Shown here: in pieces, positions 53,666-64,000 of the stretch | Layout of the letters: each line of letters opens with the position of its first letter | Position numbering within the stretch: the stretch's first letter is position 1 | The notes under the pieces: model-generated | Seen by the model: the letters and a program-made list of their open reading frames with translations, nothing else | The model's database searches: none | Told to the model about the DNA's origin: nothing | Program-made: the position numbers and the translations under genes | Assembly: GCF_009914755.1 (NCBI RefSeq) | Contig: NC_060926.1 | From: the human T2T-CHM13v2.0 reference genome, Homo sapiens | Strand: one strand, 5' to 3' | DNA: 64,000 nt

Positions 53666-54552
53666 TGATGAAAACACAAACGTTTTCCTATTCTTAGACA
53701 ACACAGAATACTTCCCCTCTGGTCACCAAAATGCACTGTGGGGATTTGTCCCCATCAGCAACCCATTCTTCAGCAGATACCAGCTGGGTGTCCTCTAATC
53801 CAATTCAGTTCTGGCATGATCTACCTAGAGACAGCATCAGGTCCCACAGGTGGAGGGCTCAGTCTCACAAGACTGCCCACCACTTCAGACGCCAACCACA
53901 GGTAGTAGGTTGTCACCTGTGCTTCTGACTGACCAGCTATAAACTGGGGGTTTCCATGACACCCTCCTCAGGTTCAATTAATCTGCTAGAGTGCTCCACA
54001 GATCTCAGGGAAACACCTTGCGTATGTTATGCATTTAGCATAAAGGATATTACAAAGAACGCAGATGAACAGTCGGACGGAAGAGGTGCGTATGGTGGCG
54101 TGTGAGAGAGGTCAGGGATTTTCCAAAGTGCTCCCCTCCAGGCGCCTTCCCACATTCAGCTATACAGAAGCTCTCTGAACCCAGTTTTGGGGGCTATATG
54201 GAGACTTTGTTACGTAGTCATGATGTATTAAATCATCAGCCATTGGTGATCAACTCAACCCCAGTCCCTCACCTCTCCCCAGACGCCAGGGGGTAAGGGC
54301 ACAGATTCGAAAGTCCCAATCCTCTAATTGCATGGTGGTTCCCCTTGCAGGCAGCACCCCCATCCTGACGCTGTCCAGGAGCCCATCAGGGACACTTCAT
54401 TAGGACAAAAGATGCTCTGTCACTCAGGAAATTCCAAGGGATTAGAAGCTCTGTGTTAGGAACCAGGGTCAAAGCCAAACATTAGAACAAAAGATTCTCC
54501 TGGTGCCCCCATCGACAAGGCTTTTAGGAACTCTGTCAGGAACAGACAAAGT
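53666..54552 (-). mobile_element. MER21-family LTR
   Basis: caccagctgggtgtcct-like core, cagcatcaggtcccacagg, gagggctcagtctcacaagactgccc, ggaaattccaagggattagaagctctgtg. Confidence 0.82.
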
Positions 54553-54750
54553 GACAGGTTCTCCTTCTGTGGCCCAGGCTGGAGTGCAGTGGTGCAGATG
54601 CGGCTCACTGCAACCTCAACCTCCCAGGCCTCAGGTGATCCTCTCACCTCAGCCTCCCGAGTAGCTGGGACTACAGGCACACACCACCACGCCCAGCTAA
54701 TTTTTGTATTTGTTGTAGAAACAGGTTTCACCATATTGCCCAGGCTGGCC
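54553..54750 (-). mobile_element. Partial AluJ lacking tail and 5' end
   Basis: Right monomer and linker present; no poly-T and no TSD. Confidence 0.85.
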
Positions 54751-55634
54751 ATGTCAAGGGCACCTTGTCCTTGGTCAGCTAAAGCTCTTCCCAAAATGAA
54801 TCTCAGGCCAATCTGATTGGCCAAACCAGGCACCTTCAAGCTGCTCTCAGCCTTCTTCTGTTAACTTTGAGCAGCTCTGTCCTCAGGAGCTGTGGTGGAT
54901 GGTGCCTCCAACCCCTTGGGCTCCTACCCCAACCCACAAGTCCTTCAGCCATGGCTGGAAAGACTCTAACCTTCTCATCCCTGGGCTTTCCTGTCTCCTG
55001 GTTGACAGATCTCAGTGAAGCCTCCTCGCTTCTCACTGCTTTTGTGAAGAGCATGCTGGGAAGAACCTTCTGTCCCAACTCAGTGAAAATCACTGTTTTC
55101 AGCACTGGCAAAGCCCTCCCTCCAAAATCTACACTGACCTCTGCTGTCTTTTTCTGTTTTCTTCTTGCAAACTCAGCTGAAAAATCAAAGATATTTTCAG
55201 CTCCCACTATATGAGCTGAAATACTGCCTTCCAAGGTCCAAATTTTTTGTTTTTTTGTTTGTTTTAAAATGCTTAGCTCTCTCTTTCCTCTTACATGTAG
55301 GGTCATCTTAAGAAAATATACTTAAAAGCACAAATCGCTGAGCATTGGTCTTTAGGCAGCTGTTGCGTTCTGTCCCACAGTGTGTCCCTGAGTGGGAGTT
55401 TCACCTGCTGGTCCTGGCTACCCAGGACTCACGTGAGCTCTTCTAGAGTCATGCAGCTTTCTTGAGCTTTAGGATCCCCCACTGCAAAAGAAAGGTGGCA
55501 ACCCTATGTCACAGAATTCATTTCAAGATAACATCCATAAAGCATGTAGCATAGTGCTTGCCATATAATATAAGCAATGAGAATTGTGATGATTATAAAT
55601 GATATTATTATTTTTGCATCTTTAAAAAATATGA

Positions 55635-55972
55635 GGCCAGGCACAGTGGTTCATGCCTTTAATCCCAGCACTTTGGGAGGCTGAAGCGGGTGGTTTGCTT
55701 GAGCCCAGGAGTTTGAGACCAGCTTGGGAAACGTAGTGAAACCTCATCTCCACAAAAAATACAAAAATTAGCCAGGCGTGAGGGTGTGTGCCTGTAGCCC
55801 CAGCTATTCAGGAGGCTGAGGTGGGAGGATCACCTGAGCCAAGGGAGGTCAAGGCTGCAGTGAGCTGTGATTGCACCACTGCACTCCAGCCTGGGCAACA
55901 GAGTGAGACCCTGTGCTCAAAATAAATAAATAAATAAATAAATAAATGAATAAATAAATAAATAAATAAAAA
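55635..55972 (+). mobile_element. AluJ with (AATA)n tail
   Basis: J diagnostics (gcttgagcccaggagtttg, ggtcaaggctgcagtgagctgtg); TSD aaaaatatg. Confidence 0.94.
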
Positions 55973-56584
55973 TTTAAAAATATGGAATACTTCTATTTAC
56001 AACCTCTTCTTTTTTATACGGTGCAGATAATTTTTTACAAGGTTCTAAAGAGTCACTAAAAGAGTCACAGTGGTGCTGGTCAATATGGAGCTCCCTTTTC
56101 TCGCCATGAGAAGTCCAGTTTGACTACCTCAGTTACCACCCAGTGTTAACATTCTCGTTGTAGCCTATTTGAAATGGAAAGCACTGTACATTATTTTTAG
56201 GATTTTTATTTGTAGGGTGTGCTAGAAGACCCCGTAGGCATTTCTGGTCCTGAGTCTTCACTGGGGACAACCAGCAGATCCCACTGGTTCTGGGCTGCAT
56301 TTAATATGACATCCCCACAAGCCAACTGCAGGTGACAATCAATGTATTCCTTCAGGAAGTTTATCAGTGCTTTCAGATTAGTAAAACAAAGTCATTTCCT
56401 ATTTGTTTTAGAGTGTTTACATTTACGTATGCAATTTCCATCACTCTCTGAAATTAACAGCACAGGTTTGTTCTCAAGGAAACTAAGGTGAGGAGAGAGA
56501 CGTGTGAAGGGCCACGAAGTTGGGAAAGGAGGATTGAGGTGAGGTGGTTTCTGCTCTCCCATACTCTAGCAAGGTGTTGTCAGT

Positions 56585-57015
56585 GTGATACTGTGGCTGA
56601 CTACAGATGAAGGTGGTCTCTGCTGTACCTGACTCAACCCCCCGGCAGTATCTGGGTGTCTCTGGGGTTGGACACTAGACCCAACCTAGGCCAGTTTTTA
56701 CCTCAGGAATATGAAGTGAAATTCAATTTGGGCAACCAGCAGGCAGCTGGCAATGTGCCTTGCAGAGCTGAAGGCGAGTGTCTGTGCCCTATCCAGGTGC
56801 CCAAGGAAGCAAAGGAAGGCTGTCTACAAAGAGGAAGCAAATGAGGCAAATGAGCAGAAGAGCCATGGAGAGTCCTCCAAGCCTTCCCCATCCTGTACAC
56901 GACTCACTCCAGTTGTTGGCTCCTGGAGACACTCCAGAACCCATATATCATATAACCCCACCTTTTCCTTAATCTATTTGATTTACTTCTAATCCTTATA
57001 ACTTAAGAACCTTCT
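56585..57015 (+). mobile_element. Old MLT1 (J/K/L-like) LTR fragment
   Basis: agacccaacctaggccag, ggcagctggcaatgtgcc, ccttataacttaagaacc end motif; highly decayed. Confidence 0.45.
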
Positions 57016-57128
57016 ACTTTTTCCTTAGTCGACCTAACCTTCATTTCTCTTGCTCATAATTTAAGAATCTTAACAAAGACTATGAGTTCCACATGATTTG
57101 CATGCCCCAACCTCAAATTCTATGAAGA

Positions 57129-57443
<315 letters not shown>

Positions 57444-60400
57444 TATGAAGACTTCAAATGTCCCTTTGGAGATGAGGAACATTTGAGAATACAACAAACA
57501 GGCCAGGCTTAGCTGATTCCATTTCTGCAAAGAATTTTCCACAGCAAGAATTACAAAACTAATCATTCCCTTTTCCCTGTGGCACAAAAGTGCAGATATC
57601 TAACGTTTATAAATGATCATTAAGAAAGAAAAATGGGCTGTCGGATGGCACTTCCCCTGGCGTAAACAAGAAAACAAACAAAACCAGATCTTGTGAGTGA
57701 AGCAAAGTTTCAATTACACACAATTAAACATACAGCACTCAGTTTTCTAAAATTATCTGATTGCAGGTCTGTAGCAGAGACCTGAAGCTGAGCCTGGTGG
57801 GAGGACTAACCTTTCTCCGTGAGGGTTCATAGGAGGCAAAGATGAGAGGAAGGAAGAAACTTAAAGAAAGAATGGGAGGAGGAGACAGAAGACTAGGGTA
57901 GGAGAAAGGGAACCCAGGAAACAACAGAGGAACAAACAGAGGGGGAGAAACAGAAGCTCCCACAACACCGGAGCCCTGGAACCCTCCTCGGAACCTCGAA
58001 GGCAAAGCCTGCTTTCATTTCATCTCTTTTCTTCTCTGTTTCTCTCTTTTTCTCTTTCTTTTTCTCTCCGTTCTTTCCTTCCTTCCTTTCTATTTTTTCC
58101 TTCTTCAGAGTCTCAAGCAAGAGTTGGTAATTCTTTATCCGAGGGAATTATGATAAGGTTTAGAGCGCTGGGAATGTGCGATGTTTCAGAAGTACAAAGA
58201 ATTTATTATCTATTCTCCAAACAAAGCAATAATTAGATCACTCCTGATAACTAATATCATGTTTTCAGAAGCCCTGAGTAGATGATAAGCTAATATTTGT
58301 ACAGTTGACCTTAAAAGTGTGGCAGCTAAGAGGCTCTTGGAGAGATGCCCAGAAAGGCACTAATTAGTAAAGGATTTAGCAATGCGATGTGGAAAGGAAC
58401 TTTCAGAATTCTTTTAAAAATGTTTTCAGTTTTGTAAATCACTATGCTAGAGTAACTGTAGAATTATTCTTTGACAGTATAATTACATTTTAATTGTATA
58501 GCAATTATGTGCTCAGTAGTAATCAAGGGGAAATTCAGTAGCCAATCGGCTTTTACCACTGTGAAATGTACAGACTTTGTGGTTCACAGGGTAGAAGACT
58601 TCTGTTTTCCCTTGGCCATCTGAATCTTTAGCTGTACTTGAGCATTGACAAACATGGTGGGGACTCTCTCAAAGGCGTGAGAACGCTCAAATACCCCCAA
58701 AGAACCGGCCACTGTCTATTAAAAACCTATGAAATGTTCTGCTGACAATTATAGGAAAATATTCTTCCTTATGCAATCAGCTCCCATGGGACAATCAAGT
58801 ATACAGAGAAAGAAAGAAAGCATTTTGTAGGGGGCTGGGGTGGGTGCGGGAGCCTCAGCCAAGATTCTTCTTGGATGGTCCCACTTAGAACTGTTCCTCC
58901 TTTCTTTCTGCTCTAAATGTTAAGTAATTCAGACTAGAAACCACAATCTGGCACTAATGAGCAATAAAATGGTCCTTAATCCCAAAGATCTGTGTATTTT
59001 CTTCCTCCTATTTTTTACATTTTGTGACTTATGGATCTGCTGTCTGGGCTGTGAGGACTGTAAAAACTATTATACCATCCTTTTTCACTGTAAAGTGTTT
59101 TTCAAAACACTGTCTAAAATATTAAGTGTTTTATCTCTGTTGTCATTGTTAACCCCCGCAGCACTACTCATTGTGTCTAATGTGGTAGTTGTGGTATATG
59201 GACAAATTGGAAGCTATTTAGAAAACTAGAATCTCTTTTAAAAATTGATCTGGATAGGTATGATGATAAATCAAATACTAACTGATCTATATTCTTAAGG
59301 GGAAGGCAAGCAAGTCATTTATGGACTTAAGGGCAGGACCAAGCTAAACTCAAAGAGATGCCGGGGAAGGGGAAGGAATTAGCTGATAGGGGTCTAGGTG
59401 AACTTGACCACCGGGGTGATTTCAGCAGGCCTGGAGGAGGGACCATCCCACTGTCGTGGAAAATGTTTAACAAGCCAGCTGTGGGGGAGAGGAGGTGCAG
59501 TGGTTGCCAATTTCTGCGGTGTAAATGCTCTTGACGTGGCCATTTCAAAACTATTAACATGGCATCACTGAATGCTCAATAGGAGAGAGATGCACCCAAT
59601 TCGCTTTCACAATTCTCTCTCTCTCATTTCTGAATTGAGAGTACAGGGAGACTCTGTATCCCCCTACATATTTTAGAGCACTCTGATATCGGAGGCACAG
59701 CCCAGCAGGTTCTACAGGGTGCAGGCAGCCGGGCTGGGGGCTGCATCTCCTGCGTGTGCTGACTGTGGCGGTGGCACTGGCGTTGCCTGGCCTCCCTTTT
59801 CTACACTGAACTCTTTTTATCAACTCTGCTCAAATCAGCCAGAGCGGGTGGTGGGGCTGCCCTGATCTGGAGCAGGAGAGCGGTTTTCAGGTTTCCACAG
59901 CCAGCTTCTCGCCACACAAGGCAGTGTGGGGTGGCTGCTGTGGCAACAGCAAAGTCAGGAGAGAAAGTATGCCCTGTTCCCTCCTTAGTGGAACTCGGTC
60001 TGGATGTCACCATGAGATGACAATGTTGTCACTGCCGGGCCCGCCTCAGATCTAGCCTCGGATCCAGTCTCGCCCTCCACATCCTGACTGAGCGGTCCTT
60101 GCCTCTCTGGGCCTCTTTCCTTATGTCTCCAGTGTGGTACTAACTGGTGCAGGATGGTTGTGGAGAGGCAGGTCTGCCGAGGGTACTTCTCATGCGGCTG
60201 GTGCACAGCCAGTGCCTGGGTGCACTCAGCCCCTGTCCCCGGAATGTTCCTGTGATTCCCGTGGTCACTGTATCTGTTTTGCTAAGCACAGTAGTGTCTC
60301 ACACCCTCTCACAGCTATTTGGAGAGAAACAGTATTTTTATCTTATAACACAAACTCTGTTTTACAAAGGCCAGTTTTCAGATTTTGCAGTGGAGTCATG

Positions 60401-60934
60401 GACCCCAAAAGCCTGCTCGTTTTCTTAGGTGTCTGTGGAGCCTGGGTGAGCCCATTCTGCAGGGAGTTAATGAGATCTGGGTGGGCTGACTGCAACCAGA
60501 CATGTCTGAAATCTCCCCACCATCTGGCCTTCCCCAGGGAGGGGGATAGCATTGGTTGCACGATTGTTAAACGTGCCTGTCATGCGAGGGAAACACTGAG
60601 GCGCCTAGAGGTTATGTGACTTGCCAATTTTAAGGCCTAGAGCAGGAGTGCAGCCTGGATTCTGTGTCTCCCTGGCTTGCAAGTCTGTGCCATTTCATCT
60701 ATGGCAGCAGAGGATTAGCAGGACTTTTCCAGACTTGTGTGTCGGGTGGGTAGGGAGTGGGGGACTATTGGGGGAAAGAGTGCTTCCTCATGCACAGAGA
60801 ATGAGATTATAAACTAGGGGATTTTTAATGAAACGTGATGAGGTAATACGCCACAAGGATCTCGAGATTATTCACAATCTTTGCCTAATTCTGCTTCCAG
60901 GAATCCATCGATGGGACTCAACCAGAGATACAGT

Positions 60935-61235
60935 CAAAGCTTTAACTTCAACACTGTTTATTTCAGCTTTATTTATAAAAGCAGAAATTGGAAACAACAT
61001 AGATAGTTTAAAGGGTGAAGATGATTGAAAAATTACAATGCATCTCTCGTATGAAAATCCATGTTTTCAACGGCATGAAAAAATTCTCAACAGGCAATGT
61101 TAAGTGAAAAAAAAAGACATAAAACTATATTCAGTACATCGATTTTCTGTGAAACAAAAATGTTAAGAATGATTCTTTCTGGCTACAGGGATCATTGTGA
61201 TTTATAGCATTTTCCAAAATCTCTGCAATGAGATT
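60935..61235 (+). mobile_element. L1ME-like 3' fragment
   Basis: cagctttatttataaaagcagaaattggaaacaac, aatgttaagtgaaaaaa. Confidence 0.6.
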
Positions 61236-61645
61236 TTGTAGAGAATCTACAAAATTTTCTAATGCACATTTTGATGTATTAAAACAAAAAGAATGTGTTT
61301 AGCAATTCATCTACATAGTCTCAATCTCACTACTAAAAACAAAATGTTTTGATAAGATTACATTAAAAGCCAAAAAAAAAAACCACAAAGAAATCCAACA
61401 AACCCACAACACAATGCTTAACGATGATGGGAAAAAAACAGTGGAAAACAAAAAGGAGGCAGACATCTAAAATTAATAGAAGATGAAATTGAAATTAAGA
61501 AGTTGTACAGTACTGTGAGAAACCTTGTTATTTTGTATAGAATTCATCATGAAAGGTCATCTTCAGATGTGCACTAGGGCACTATGGTGGCCACAGAGCC
61601 TGGAGTTGAGAATTAGGTGTGAATTTGAACTCTTAACAGTGACCT

Positions 61646-61954
<309 letters not shown>

Positions 61955-62937
61955 AACAGTGACCTGCTATCAGCCAGTCTGGGGACACCAGGACCTCTCT
62001 GCACTGTTTTCTTCATCCCTAAAAGCAGAAATAGCATTAGTGACCCCACAAGGTCATGGAATTAAATGGATTGTATGTGAAGGTACTCCCACGATAACGG
62101 GTATAAATAGCTGCTCAATAATTTTCTTTTTCCATGCACTGAGCAATGTGGCAACAAAATATGTAAAGAAGATTTTATTAGACTTATGAGAGAAATAGAC
62201 AGAAATACAATCATCACATGAGATTGTGACTCACTGCCGTCTAAATTCAGACAACAGCAACCACTCAAATTGCTGTCTGGGGATCATGAGGGATACAAAA
62301 GGGCTTTGTAAACTATGAGGCGGCATAAAATTGTTAGCTGTTTTGCAAGATGCAAAATAATATTTATGGGAAGCGATTATATTTTTTCCAAGGTCATAAA
62401 GAAATGCTCAATAAATTTTAAAGTAGAAATGTTCCAGTCCATATTTATGACATCAATACGATACATTGTAATATTAGTGTTTATATTTAAAGTAGAGAAA
62501 TTTTATCTTCTCCAACATTTTCAAGTGCTCCCTGAACTAATGCCAAATAAATGAAATAATTTAATAGTAAGTTATTGGGAAAATAAAACACTATATATTA
62601 AAATAAAATTATAATAATAAATCAAATTATGCCTGAAAAAATGGAATTATTAGAATTTAAATACAAGATTAATTTATGAGTTTTGATGTAATAAAAAATC
62701 ACAAAAAAAGGATATTCAAAAGATTTGGTAATTAAAAATGTTTAAAATATATAAATGAGGACAGGCTAAGATAAATACTACCAGAAAATACCAGAGTCCA
62801 TAAAGAACTTACGGAAATTGATCAGAAAAAAATTAAACTCAACAGATTCATGGAAAAAAAACTATTTTAACCCATAGAGCACTACTTTGTTATTAACTAA
62901 CAGATGCAAAGATGAACAAGAATATTTTATTTAATAG

Positions 62938-63370
62938 TGTGAAAGTTGTCAGAATCAAAATGGAGTCACTAATGTTAAGACAACCCTGACAAATAGAGAC
63001 AGGCAAGGCCGTGAAGAGAGGGTTCTCATACTTGTGTGCCTGATAACATAAAAAGACTACAAAAACCACAACCTTGCACAAAGACTGTCACAACCTCTCT
63101 CAAAAAATACTTCTGCAAGGGTATCTGCCCAGCCACTGTGTGTCCAAACTTGGAATGGCGTCACCCTTGTTATGGATCTTTGTCACCAAGGATAATTATT
63201 TCAAAATAATTACATAATCCTCCGCATGTTTTCCTTTGAAAACCTTTGCCTCTTTACCTTCCTGAACACACACGTAGTTTACTATGGCATTGCATATAGT
63301 AATGCTCTATTCTCAAATAAAACATCTCTTTTTTTAGACAGCCTCTCTCTGTTTGTTACTTAGGTTGACA
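62938..63370 (+). mobile_element. MER65 (ERV1) solo LTR
   Basis: tgtgaaagttgtcagaatcaaaatggagtcac ... aataaa ... taggttgaca. Confidence 0.88.
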
Positions 63371-63600
63371 ATCTTAATATATTCTCCCATGTGCTGGGGA
63401 ATGTTCTAAGCACTAATGCGTTCATTCCTTTCACCCTCACAACAACCCTCTAAGGTAGATAGTGTCATTGTTCCCATTTTACAGATGGGGAAATGAATCA
63501 CAGGGAGGTGAAATGACTCATCCATGGTCACAGCCAGGAAGTGGCAAAGCTAGGATTCAAGGCCAGGGTCTGTATTCTCCTATTCATTTTATTACACAAC
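63371..63600 (-). mobile_element. MIR (well preserved)
   Basis: ccctcacaacaaccctctaaggtag...cccattttacagatgggg...ggtcacagccaggaagtggc. Confidence 0.85.
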
Positions 63601-64000
63601 CATGATTGATGAAGACGAAGGTGTACCCATAAATATGGGAATGCACCAAGATTTATAGCGGTTAAAACAATAGAAACTGCCAACAATGTAGTAATGCTGA
63701 GAGAGATAAGTTGCATTAACTGTAGAACTTTTATACTGTCACTGAATTTATAATTATGCCAACTTTGAGCAAACTAAAAATACAAAGTTAAGTGAAAAGA
63801 ACATAACCTGCATTCATGTTATGCTTGCAACCCTGTGAAACATGTATGCATAAAGATGAGGACAGGAAGGATGTATGGAAAGGAAAACAGCTGACGTGGC
63901 GATAAATTGTACCTTTGCAATACCAAGTGACAGTGGCTGGGGAGGAACGGTTAAACAGTGTTTGAGTCTCTTTGCATTTCCCCCAAAACAGCACCCCTTC

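Noticed and set aside
54836-55306. 156-aa minus-strand ORF
   Set aside because: No family resemblance I can name, and no poly(A)/TSD or splice context to support a gene or retrocopy.

Overview
Primate (human-like; AluJ/S/Y, L1PA, MER and MaLR elements present) non-coding genomic DNA, intronic or intergenic. I see no supportable host protein-coding exon, structural RNA gene or CRISPR-type system. Roughly half the window is interspersed repeats: 11 Alus, L1 fragments of several ages, L2/MIR relics, LTRs (MST, MLT1, MER57, MER67, MER65, MER21, LTR41-like), an ERV-L dUTPase/pol relic and DNA transposons (MER45A, Tigger4, MER58, MER63, MER1A). The ORF track is explained by repeats or chance, apart from an L1 ORF2 RT fragment and the ERV-L relic. 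The most unusual object is a single TSD-bounded 1.6-kb retroposed chimera at 13122-14766. It joins an inverted L1 ORF2 piece to a MER57 LTR U3-R that is polyadenylated at the LTR's own signal, consistent with L1 3' transduction plus twin priming. Other leads are a 10-nt L1 3' transduction, a templated inverted insertion inside a MIR, a 75-bp Z-DNA tract, a compact ATF4/UPRE/GAS/ETS motif cluster, a CpG-rich TATA-containing patch and a candidate 18-nt microexon. Repeat family names come from my recall of consensus sequences, not from a database search. Boundaries of old repeats are approximate.
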